From the NCBI GenBank assembly GCA_951406725.2, contig OX597843.1:8184001-8248000 (forward strand): a stretch of DNA of 64,000 nt, in the 5' to 3' direction. The translations under genes were made by a program, and so were the position numbers. This DNA is from Octopus vulgaris (Eukaryota). Shown one piece after another: positions 26,469 to 39,984 of this stretch. Numbering within the stretch: position 1 is the first letter of the stretch; the number at the start of each line of letters is the position of its first letter. The notes beneath the pieces were generated by a model. It did not search any database and was not told the origin of the DNA. It saw only the letters and a program-made list of their open reading frames with translations.

Positions 26469-27434
26469 AGGCGAGCTGGCAGAAACGTTAACGCGCCGGG
26501 CGAAATGCTTAACGGTATTTCGTCTGTCGTTATATTCTGAGTTCAAATTCCGCCGAGATCGACGTTGCCTTTCATCCTTTCGGGGTCGATGAAATAAGTA
26601 CCAGTTTCGCGCTGGGGTCGATGTAATCGACTTAATACGTTTGTCTGTCTTTGTTTGTCCCCTCTATGTTTAGCCCCTTGTGGGTAGTAAAGAAATAGGC
26701 ATTTCGTCTGCCGCTACGTTCTGACTTCAAATTCCGCCGAGGTCGACTTTGCCTTTCATCCTTTCGGGGTCGATGAATTAAGTACCAGTTTCGCGCTGGG
26801 GTCGATGTAATCGACTTAATCCCTTTGTCTGTCTTTGTTTGTCCCCTCTATGTTTAGCCCCTTGTGGGTAGTAAAGAAATAGGTATTTCGTCTGCCGCTA
26901 CGTTCTGACTTCAAATTCCGCCGAGGTCGACTTTGCCTTTCATCCTTTCAGGGTCGATAAATAAAGTACCAGTTTCGCCCTGGGGTCGATGTAATCGACT
27001 TAATCCCTTTGTCTGTCCTTGTTTGTCCCCTCTATGTTTAGCCCCTTGTGGGTAGTAAAGAAATAGGTATTTCGTCTGCCGCTACGTTCTGACTTCAAAT
27101 TCCGCCGAGGTCGACTTTGCCTTTCATCCTTTCAGGGTCGATAAATAAAATACCAGTTTCGCCCTGGGGGTCGATGTAATCGACTTAATCCCTTTGTCTG
27201 TCCTTGTTTGTCCCCTCTATGTTTAGCCCCTTGTGGGTAGTAAAGAAATAGGTATTTCGTCTGCCGCTACGTTCTGACTTCAAATTCCGCCGAGGTCGAC
27301 TTTGCCTTTCATCCTTTCAGGGTCGATGAATTAAGTACCAGTTTCGCCCTGGGGTCGATGTAATCGACTTAATCCCTTTGTCTGTCCTTGTTTGTCCCCT
27401 CTATGTTTAGCCCCTTGTGGGTAGTAAAGAAATA
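26469..27434 (+). mobile_element. SINE C array: one head plus five tandem 184-185-bp bodies
   Basis: Units start at 26514, 26698, 26882, 27066, 27251; junction AAAGAAATA|GG(T/C)ATTTCGTCTG. Body carries GCCTTTCATCCTTTCGGGGTCGATAAATTAAGTACCAG, which resembles the MetaSINE central domain as I recall it. Confidence 0.92.
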
Positions 27435-27645
27435 TAGATGAGGTTGAAACAAAAATGTTAGCTACAAGAAAACATTTCGCAATATAGAACTCCTTGGAAA
27501 CAGTAAATTTCATTGAAGTCACAAAGAACTTTCTCTTTACTCTCCATTGCCAAACTACTAATGAGCCATGAAAGAAAACCCCAAAACAGATATTCAATAA
27601 ACTGCTTCCCAGTTGTAATTATGTTTTATTTATACAAATATTGGT

Positions 27646-27807
27646 GCAGGAGTGGCTGTGTGGTAAGTAGATTGCTAACCAACCACATGGTTCCGGGTTC
27701 AGTCCCACTGCGTGGCATCTTGGGCAAGTGTCTTCTGCTATAGCCTTGGGCCGACCAATGCCTTGTGAGTGGATTTGGTAGACGGAAACTGAAAGAAGCC
27801 CGTCGTA

Positions 27808-27850
<43 letters not shown>

Positions 27851-28255
27851 ATATGTTTGTGTGTCTGTGTTTGTCCCCCCACCGTCGCTTGACAACCGAT
27901 GCTGGTGTGTTTACGTCCCCGTCACTTAGCGGTTCAGAAGTGTCTTCTGCTATAGCCCCAGTGCCTTGCTAGTGGATTTGGTAACTGAAAGAAGCCTGTC
28001 GTATATATGTATATATATATATGTATGTGTGTGTATGTGTTTGTGTGTCTATGTTTGTCCCCCTAGCATTGCTTGACAACCGATGCTGGTGTGGTTACGT
28101 CCCCGCCACTTAGCGTTTCGGCAAAAGATACCGATAGAATAAGTACTGGGCTTACAAAGAATAAGTCCCGGGGTCGATTTGGTCGACTAAAAGGCGGTGC
28201 TCCAGCATGGCCGCAGTCAAATGACTGAAACAAGCAAAAGAGAGAAAGAGAGAAA
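27646..28255 (+). mobile_element. SINE A with internal partial duplication
   Basis: Head 27646-27806, partial tail, re-entry at AAGTGTCTTCTGCTATAGCC (~27938), full tail to ~28255. Confidence 0.85.
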
Positions 28256-28679
28256 GATATCTCACGTCATGAAATGCTCAGGTTCTATACCTCAGGTTAT
28301 GTCATACTGCAGATTTCTAAAAAGAATGAAATACGGCTATAAACACGAATGGGCAGAAATAGGTATACAGTTCCGTAATATTTCTTCTTTTTTCTAGGGA
28401 TAAATATTATATGACTGTTTTTTTTAAAAACCTTATTCATAAGGAACGACGCACACACATGCGCGTAAACAGACAACAAAGAACGCAGCTCCAATAACGG
28501 ACAGAGTCAATATCCATTGACAAGGCTGCAAAAGCAACGACAATTTTAAGAAGAACATTCCGATGAGGTAAACTTAGCCATTCACCCTTTCGGGGTCGGT
28601 AAATTAAGTAGCAGTTGAGTACTGTGGTCGATCGAGTTATTCCGTTCTCCGGAATTGCTGGCCTTGTGCCAAAATCGTA

Positions 28680-31245
<2,566 letters not shown>

Positions 31246-31608
31246 TACATATCTGTTAACACCCTCTCACCTCCTCCACCTTAACACCCTTACCACATGC
31301 AGCCCAAACATCAATATACTCTCAACATCACCACCACCAGCACCACCACCTCTACCACTATCAGCACCACTCTAACCATGACTACCACACCTACGACAAC
31401 TACTACCATCGTGATCACCGCATCGAGTCAACAATAGCCGACACCCGGAACCAATACTGCCATAGTTACACTCCTTCCCTACCCTCTCTACCCCCTAACA
31501 CCACCACAGCAGTGGTCACCCGCCGTCACTCACGTCCACTCACTCATTCAACTTAATCAGGCACGCAGTCAATCAATTCAGTCACTTAAACACACGTTCA
31601 TACCAAAA

Positions 31609-31981
31609 CAGGTGCGGCTGTGTGGTAAGAAGCTTGCGTCCCAACCACATGGTTCTGGGTTCAGTCCCACTGCGTGGTATCTTGGGCAAGTGTCTTCTAC
31701 TATGGCCTCAGGTCGATCAAAACATTGTGAATCGATTTGGTAGACGGAAACTGAAAGAAGCCCATCATATATGGGCTTACGGCCATATCACATTGAAAGC
31801 ACCGGTTCCCGTCCGATCACCGAAGTTAAGCAACATCAAGCTTAGTTAGTACTTAGATGGGTGACCGCTTGGGAAACCTTGGTGCTGTAAGCATTCCAAA
31901 TGGCGGTGCCCCAGCATGGCCACAGCTCGTGAGCTAAAACTAGATAAAAATAAAATAAAAAATAAAATAATATATATAATT

Positions 31982-32036
<55 letters not shown>

Positions 32037-32210
32037 TGTGTGTGTTGGTGTGTTTACGTCCTCGTAATTTAGTGGTTTGACAAATGAGACCGATAGAATA
32101 AGTTCTAAGCTTCAAAAATAAGTCCTAGGATCGACTTGTTCGACTAAAAACTGCTCAAGACGGTGCTCCAGCATGGCCGCTGTCAATTGACTGAAACAAG
32201 CAAAAGGTAA
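31609..32210 (+). mobile_element. SINE A interrupted in its internal SSR by a 5S-derived insertion
   Basis: Head 31609-31768; tail resumes after (TG)n at about 32045-32210. Confidence 0.85.
31775..31893 (+). pseudogene. 5S rRNA: Full-length 5S rRNA copy (retrocopy or SINE3 head)
   Basis: 119 nt GCTTACGGCCATATCAC...CGATCACCGAAGTTAAGC...TTAGTACTTAGATGGGTGACCGCTTGGGAA...GGTGCTGTAAGCA; ends pair (GCTTAC/GTAAGC); no T4 terminator; followed by a LINE-type tail. Confidence 0.92.
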
Positions 32211-32448
32211 ACTACACATAAATAAACACGTGATACATTTACGAAGGTTCTTTTTTTTTTACGTTTAGGACAACCAGTTTTTGTCTGTCCTAGATTTTCG
32301 TAATTTTTGTATATTTTTACTGGACATCTAATAAGCTGGCCACTCACCGTTTCTTATTCCAGATTGAATAAGACGGCTGAAACTAACTGGCATTCCAGAG
32401 TGGCATGCACTTCTCTCTCACATAATAATAATAATAATAATAATAATG

Positions 32449-32522
<74 letters not shown>

Positions 32523-32523
<1 letters not shown>

Positions 32524-32968
32524 TAGAGAAAATAGAGAAATTAAGGCCAACAGACCAGATATAGTTGTCAGAGATCATGAAGAAAAAAATGCTTTCTAAT
32601 TGATGTATCAATACCGACAGATGACAACGTGTCTCTAAAGGAAATAGAGAAACTCTCAAAATACAAAGACCTGGAAATAGAGGTAACCAGAATGTGGAAT
32701 CTAAAAACAGAAACAATTCCTATCATAGTAGGTGCATTAGGTATGATAAAAAAATATTCAGACAAATACATAACAAAAACACCAGGACTTACAAACACAT
32801 ATAACATACAGAAAATTGCACTACTAGGCACTGCACACATCCTACGCAGAACACTTTCCATACAATAACCATCAGAGTATCACAACAAATCACAGCACAT
32901 ACCCAAGGCACACAGAGCTGCGCTCGGTAGTGAAGTGAAAGCACGCTATAAAAAATAAAACTACTGAA
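32523..32968 (+). mobile_element. R4/Dong-clade non-LTR retrotransposon, 5'-truncated 3' end (RLE domain + 3'UTR) in (AAT)n
   Basis: NREIKANRPDIVVRDHEEK[frameshift in A-run]CFLIDVSIPTDDNVSLKEIEKLSKYKDLEIEVTRMWNLKTETIPIIVGALG: PD..D..K..KY restriction-like endonuclease motif. Confidence 0.88.
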
Positions 32969-32984
32969 TAATAATAATAATAAT

Positions 32985-33749
32985 GGCTTCAATTTTTTCG
33001 ACAAGGGCCGCAATTTGGGGGAGGGGATGAGTGTATTACATTGACCCCAGTATATCACTGGTACTTAATTTATCGACTACTAAAGGATGAGAGCCAAAGT
33101 CGACCTGGGAAGAATTTGAACTCAGAACTTGAAGACAGACGAAACACATATTTCTTTGCTACCTACAAGGGGCTAAACACAGAGGGGACAAACAAAGACA
33201 GACAAACGGATTAAGTCGATTACATCGACCCCAGTGCGTAACTGGTACTTAATTTATCGACCCCCGAAAGGACGAAAGGCAAAGTCGACCTCGGCGGAAT
33301 TTGAACTCAGAACGTAACGGCAGACGAAATACCTATTTCTTTACTACCCACAAGGGGCTAAACACTCAGAGGACAAACAAGGACAGACAAAGGGATTAAA
33401 TTGATTATATCGACTCCAGTGCGTAACTGGTACTTATTTCAACGACCCCGAAAGGATGAAAGGCAAAGTCGACCTCAGCGGAATTTGAACTCAAAACGTA
33501 ACGGCAGACGAAATACCTATATCTTTACTACCCACAAGGGGCTAAACACAGAGGGGAGAAACAAGGACAGTGAAAGAGATTAAGTCGATTACATCGACCC
33601 CAGTGCGTAACTGGTACTTATTTAATCGACCCCCGAATGGATGAAAGGCAAAGTCGACCTCGGCGGAATTTGAACTCAGAACGTAAAGGCAGACGAAATA
33701 CCGCTAAGCATTTCGCCCGGCGTGCTAACGTTTCTGCCAGCTCGCCGCC
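32985..33749 (-). mobile_element. SINE C array: head, three bodies, and a terminal body of the older tail type
   Basis: Minus-strand unit starts at 33702, 33517, 33333, 33148; head abuts (TTA)n. Confidence 0.9.
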
Positions 33750-33754
33750 TTAAC

Positions 33755-33817
<63 letters not shown>

Positions 33818-33994
33818 TATAATAATAATAATAATAATAACAAACTGTTTATAACCACTACATCTCCCACTCGTGTCAAAACACACATCTCCCCCATCCC
33901 CTTCCTTTTCTCTTAGTCTCTCTGCTTCCCCCTTTCTTTTTCTCTACCCCGACCCCCCCACGTCGCTTCATTTTCCCGCTTCTCATTCTTTTTG

Positions 33995-34110
33995 TTTCCA
34001 GACACGTGACCGGCATATATTTTCTCATTTCCGCCTCTCTGCCAATGGCGTGTTATATGACGTTTGACTGATTTAGAACGTTAAACAACACGGTTATGGC
34101 GGTACAAGTC
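33995..34110. promoter_or_regulatory. Candidate cis-regulatory island
   Basis: CACGTG 34003, ATTTCCGCC, CCAATGGCG 34042, TGACGT, and TAAACAA-N7-ATGGCGG at 34082-34102. Confidence 0.4.
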
Positions 34111-34480
34111 CCTCTGATACGGGGGGGTGCATGTGGGGTGGTGGGGTGGGGTGGAGTGGGGAAGAGTGGGCCCAGTTACTGGTGAGGGCGGGGTGCCGTT
34201 TTCGATAGTGGGAGCAGTATTGATGACGGTGACTGTGGTGGTGGTAGTGGTAGTATTGGTGGTAGTACGGGTGATGTTGGTGGTAGTGTTAGCGGTGGTG
34301 GTGGTGATAGTAGTAGTAGCTGTAGTACTGGTGGTGGTGGTAGTAGTAGCAGTAGTTGTAGTGGTGGTGGTGGTCGTCGTAGTTATAGTGGTAGTAGTTA
34401 TGGTAGTAGTATAAGTTGTAGTAGTAGTGGTAGTAGTCGTAGAAGTAGTAGTAGTAGTTGTGGTGGTGGTGGCGGTGGTT

Positions 34481-34518
<38 letters not shown>

Positions 34519-34600
34519 TGTAGTAGTAGTGGTGGTGGCGGTGGTGGTAGTTATGGTAGTAGTAGCAGTTGTAGTAGTAGTAGTTGTAGTAGTAGTAGTA

Positions 34601-34685
34601 CCAAAGCCTTGTGAGTGGATTTTGTAGACGGAAACTGAAAGAAGCCCATCATATATGTATATATATATATTTATATATATGTATG

Positions 34686-34718
<33 letters not shown>

Positions 34719-34910
34719 TTGTGTATCTGTGTTTGTCGTCCCAACATCGCTTGACAACCGATGTTGGTGTGTTTAGGTCCCCGTAACATTAGCGGTTCGG
34801 CAAAAGTGACCGATAGAACAAGCCCTGGGGTCGGTTTGCTCAAATAAAGGCGGTGCTGCAGCCTGGCCGCAGTCAAATGACTTAAAACAAGTAAAAGAGT
34901 AAAAGAATAA
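34601..34910 (+). mobile_element. SINE A, 5'-truncated
   Basis: CCAAAGCCTTGTGAGTGGAT through the tail ...AACAAGTAAAAGAGTAAAAGA. Confidence 0.85.
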
Positions 34911-34931
34911 AAGAAACATCGCCATCTTATG

Positions 34932-35168
34932 AACGCATGTCTTCTGGGAAATAAATGCATTCGTAAGAACGTATTATACAAATGTACTGTTAAAATGCTG
35001 AGTGTGCGTTTGTTTATATTGGTTGGACGGCTCATTGCTTGAAACGTCGACATCGGAACCACATTGCATCGATTGAAAACGTTAGGAAGAGATATTGCAC
35101 GCCACTCGCTTACTTTGTGTGGAATCTTAAAGAACGAAATGTACAATAAGACATCACATGGATAGTGT
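34932..35168 (+). mobile_element. Penelope-like element GIY-YIG endonuclease remnant
   Basis: NACLLGNKCIRKNVLYKCTVK[frameshift]AECAFVYIGWTAHCLKRRHRNHIASIENVRKRYCTPLAYFVWNLKERNVQ*DITWIV matches the PLE pattern C.L...C....V.Y...V...YIG.T....K.R..NH..S......T.L...VW.LK......I.W. Confidence 0.75.
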
Positions 35169-35430
35169 GCCACCGGAGATGGGATGAAGATAAACTCGTC
35201 AGTGGGATGTGTGTTCTACCGAGAGAGGGTGTTGAGGCCCCTCCCAGTGAAAGTGATGAAGAATATATGTTCTATCTCAGGGAAGGGGCTATTGAGAGGT
35301 TCGTGGAATAGTCGGATCCTGGGAGACCCAACTTGTATTGACACCCCCAGAGTGGCCTCCGCAGGTGGCTGCTCTGCTGCTGGAAAGAAAGTATTGTGAT
35401 CTCATAATTGACTCGTGTAAAAACGAGAAT

Positions 35431-35846
35431 TACTCTTTTACTCTTTTACTTGTTTCAGTCATTTGACTGCGGCCATGCTGGAGCACCGCCTTTAGTCGAG
35501 CAAATCGACCCCGGGACTTATTCTTTGTAAGCCCAGTACTTATTCTATCGGTCTCTTTTGCCGAACCGCTAGGTGACGGGGACGTAAACACACCAGCATC
35601 GATTGTCAAGCAATGCTAGGGGGACAAACACAGACACACAAACATATACATACACATACATATATATATATATACATATATACGACGGGCTTCTTTCAGT
35701 TTCCGTCTACCAAATCCACTCACAAGGCATTGGTCGGCCCGGGGCTATAGCAGAAGACACTTGCCCAAGATGCCACGCAGTGGGACTGAACCCAGAACCA
35801 TGTAGCTGGTTAGCAAGCTACTTACCACACAGCCACTCCTGCGCCT
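35431..35846 (-). mobile_element. SINE A, full length, near consensus
   Basis: Reverse complement of the complete consensus. Confidence 0.92.
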
Positions 35847-36213
35847 AATTATAGAATTCTTTTTTGGAGCTCCGTAATGCGGTTGCAGGAATGCCCGCAA
35901 GTTGCAAGAAAATTATTCGAGGAAGGATTGTAGAGGTTTATCACCTCCAATTTGGGCATAAATTGTGTTTTTATAATTGTATGGACTTTTTAGTCCGAAT
36001 ATATTGTATTTTAAATTGTAAGAAGGTTAATACCTCTGTGTATGATGTTTGTAAAGAACAATGTTTTAGAGAAGCAGAGGGTCGACGGGCGCATTCTGTC
36101 TTCTCCCATCCTTATCATTTTTGTATCATAATCATTCGCATCATCGATGTATATGTCCAGCCGCAATGCTACCTTATCTATGTGCTGCCTACATGGCAAA
36201 TTTAATGAATAAA

Positions 36214-36440
36214 AGTAGCTTGCTTCCCAAGCACATGGTTCCGGGTTCAGTCCCACGGCATGGCACCTTGTGCAAGTGTCTATATGTGTGTGTGTGTGTG
36301 TGTGTGTGTTTGTGTCTGTGTACCCCCAAATCGTGTGACAACCTATGATGGTGTCTTTACGTCCCCGTAACTTAGGGGTCCGGCAAAAGAGACCGATACA
36401 ATAAGTACTAGGCCGCAGTCAACGAATAAAAGAATAAAAC
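36214..36440 (+). mobile_element. SINE A, internally deleted
   Basis: AGTAGCTTGCTTCCCAAGCACATGGTTCCGGG...(TG)n...GGCAAAAGAGACCGATA. Confidence 0.75.
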
Positions 36441-36448
36441 AAAAAGAA

Positions 36449-36525
<77 letters not shown>

Positions 36526-36599
36526 CGTTGTGCTCCGGCTTCGCCATTCTTCAGTGACTGACGTCTCTTATAGAATAAAAAGATATACATACACACACG

Positions 36600-36608
36600 C
36601 ACCCGCTC

Positions 36609-36670
<62 letters not shown>

Positions 36671-37490
36671 TTATCTGTCCACTATCTACATGCATATGTA
36701 TATATATATGTATATATATATTTATATACTTACATATACATGTATATACAGAGGTAAATATAAATGTATGCGTGTGTGTATTTAAAATGTTTAAAATATA
36801 TTTATATGGAGACATATATTTACACAACCATGCGCACAACCACACTCACATATATATACACATATATAAGCCAGAACCAGTATATGTAGCTACGTGTGTG
36901 TATGTGTATGTATGTTTAAATGTATATATGTATGTAATTATGTATATGTATAATATGGCTATAAACACATATATCCATCTATTATATATACGCGTATGTT
37001 TGTATGTATATTCATAGATGACACACACACACATACATACATACATACATACATACATACATACATACATTCATACATACGTACGTACGTACATACATAC
37101 ATACATACATACATACATACATACATACATACATGCATACATACATACATACATACATACATACATACATACGTACGTACATACGTACGTACATACATAC
37201 ATTCATACATACATACGTACATACATACATACATACATACATACATTCATACATACATACATACATACATACATACATACATACATACAAACATACAAAC
37301 ATACATGCATACATACATACATACATACATACATACATACATACATACATACATACATACATACATACATACATACATACATACATACATACATACATAC
37401 ATACATACATACATACATACATACGTACATACATACATACCTACATACATACATACACACACACACATCCGTACACACACACGCGCACAA
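36600..37490. repeat. (ATCT)n/(TA)n/(CATA)n microsatellites
   Basis: Direct reading. Confidence 0.95.
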
Positions 37491-37544
37491 AAAAATGTCC
37501 TTATAATTGAGTCACTGCCAACAAACTCTCAGTAGGCCTGCCTA

Positions 37545-37625
37545 AAAATCTTGAATAAAATGGCGTCCTCTCTTCTCTCTTCTCCGCCATTTTCCGGTTG
37601 TTTATAACCAACTTCCGGTAGACAT
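37545..37625. promoter_or_regulatory. Candidate cis-regulatory island (2x YY1/Pho, 2x ETS, forkhead-like)
   Basis: AAAATGGCG 37557, CCGCCATTTT 37584, TTTCCGG, TTGTTTA, ACTTCCGGT 37611. Confidence 0.45.
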
Positions 37626-37839
37626 ATTATTCCATTTTGTTTTATTTTATAATCTCCTTTATTTATTTATTTACTTATTTATTTATTACGAAGTGATGTC
37701 CTCCAGTAAATCCGTTGCTGTTGTTGTTGTTGTGGTAGTTGTTGTTGTTAAATGTTGCTTCTGCCGCTTTTAATGTTCTTGTTGTTATTCCTTTTCTTGT
37801 TGTTCAGCTTCGAGCGAGTTCTGACTATGATAGACCAAT

Positions 37840-38279
37840 GATCAAAGGTGGATCCAACGATGACCATCCTTTAATTTTATTCACGCATAGTGTACCAAGG
37901 ACTACATTATCTAATGTGCTCTTCGTTCTTATTGTTGTAGCTTAGCCTTGAGTTAATCCTTAGTGAATCTGAATTATAATCAAAGATGTTCCATAGCATA
38001 GTGTTACCAAGGACTACATTATCTAATGGCATCTTCAAGTTCTATATGTGCTTAGCTAGAGTTAATCCTTAGTGAATATATATATATATATCAAAGATGT
38101 TCCATAGTCGCAGGAGTGGCTGTGTGGTAAGTAGCTTGCTTACCAACCACATGGTTCCAGGTTCAGTCCCACTACATGGCATCTTGGGCAAGTGTCTTCT
38201 GCTATAGCCTCGGGCCGACCAGTGCCTTGTGAGTGGATTTGGTAGACGGAAACTGAAATAAGCCCGCCGTATATGTATG

Positions 38280-38317
<38 letters not shown>

Positions 38318-38532
38318 CGCAGGAGTGTATGTGTGGTAAGAAGCTTGCTAACCAACCACATGGTTCCGGGTTCAGTCCTACTGCGTGGCATCTTGGGCAA
38401 GTGTCTTCTGCTATAGCCTCGGGCCGACCAATGCCTTGTGAGTGGATTTGGTAGATGGAAACTGAAAGAAGCCTGTCGTATATATGTATATATATATATA
38501 TGTATGTGTGTATATATATATATATGTATGTG

Positions 38533-38592
<60 letters not shown>

Positions 38593-39655
38593 CGCAGGAG
38601 TGGCTGTGTGGTAAATAGCTTGCTTACCAACCACATGGTTCCGGGTTCAGTTCCACTGCGTGGCATCTTGGGCAAACGTCTTCTGCTATAGCCTCGGGCC
38701 GACCAATGCCTGCCTTGTGAGTGGATTTGGTAGACGGAAACTGAAAGAAGCCTGTCGTATATATGTATATATATGTGTATGTATGTGTGTGTATATGCTT
38801 GTGTGTCTGTGTTTGTCCCCCTAGTATTGCTTGACAACCGATGCTGGTGTGTTTACTACCCCGTCACTTAGTGGTTCGGCAAAAGAGACCGATAGAATAA
38901 GTACTTGGCTTACAAAGAATAAGTCCCGGGGTCGATTTGCTCGACTAAAGGCGGTGCTCCAGTGTGGCCGCAGTCAAATGACTGAAACAAGTAAAAGAAA
39001 AAGATAGAAATACGACCATCCTGTCTTTTATTCAGGCATAGTGTATCTCGGACTACATTATTTAATGTGTCCTTTCTTGTTCTTTAGCCCCAGGTTAGTC
39101 CATATACAGACAGACCTATGATCAAAGACGTTCCAGCTGTGACCATCCTGTCTCTTATAAAGGCATAGTGTATCTAGGACTACATTATCTGATGTGCCCT
39201 TCTTTATTGTTATTTAGTTCCTGGTAAATTCTGATCCAAAAGACTTAAGATCGAAGTTGCTCCAGTCATGACCATCCTGTTTATTATTAAGACACAATGT
39301 ATCTAGGAGTAAACTTTCTAATGTGATCTTCCTCATTGTTGTTTAGCTCCTGGTCAGTCATCATTGTGATCAAAGACATTCCAGCTGTGACCATCCTGTC
39401 TTTTATTCAGGCATAGTGTATCTATGATCATAGACGTTCCAGCTGTGACCATCTGTGTATCAAGGACTACATCACCTAATGTGTCCTTCCTTGTTGTTGT
39501 TTAGCCCCAGGTCAGTCCTGATCCAGTCAGACCCATGATCAAAGACATTCCAGCTGTGGCCATCCTGTTTTTTATTCAGACATAGTGTATCTAGGACTAC
39601 ATCACCTAATGTGTCCTTCCTTATTGTTGTTTAGCCCTAGGTCAGTCCTGATCCT
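37840..39655. repeat. ~128-bp minisatellite interrupted by a SINE A cluster
   Basis: Unit ATCAAAGACATTCCAGCTGTGACCATCCTGTC...CATAGTGTATCTAGGACTACAT...TTAGCCCCAGGTCAGTCCTGATC; starts near 37841, 37979, 38090, 39121, 39249, 39369, 39428, 39538. Confidence 0.85.
38109..39005 (+). mobile_element. SINE A composite: three heads, one tail
   Basis: Heads near 38109, 38316 and 38591 separated by (TA)n; tail at 38800-39005. Confidence 0.9.
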
Positions 39656-39690
39656 GCATTCCTATTTGTTGTAATAGACTTAAACCGCTT

Positions 39691-39856
39691 CGTTCTGAGT
39701 TCAAATTCCGCCGAGGTCGATTTTGCCTTTCATCCTTTCGGGGTCGATAAATTAAGTACCAGTTACGCACTGGGGTCGATGTAATCGACTTAATCCCTTT
39801 GTCTGTCCTTGTCTGTCTCCTCTGTGTTTAGCCCCTTGTGGGCAATAAAGAAATAA
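39691..39856 (+). mobile_element. SINE C single body
   Basis: CGTTCTGAGTTCAAATTCC...GTGGGCAATAAAGAAATA. Confidence 0.9.
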
Positions 39857-39915
39857 GATGTGTACACACTCATACACACACACACACACACACTCATACA
39901 CACACACACACACAC

Positions 39916-39984
<69 letters not shown>

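Noticed and set aside
26514-27434. CRISPR array or hammerhead retrozyme reading of the 184-bp tandem
   Set aside because: No unique spacers or cas genes in a eukaryotic context; no CUGANGA core on either strand of the unit.
32340-32385. Minus-strand micro-exon with a GTGAGT donor
   Set aside because: Weak acceptor; the region looks like the 3' end of a TAA-associated repeat.
35170-35400. Possible minus-strand exon after CTTTCTTTCCAG, and ORF 35184-35399
   Set aside because: All three minus frames hit stops; no recognisable protein.
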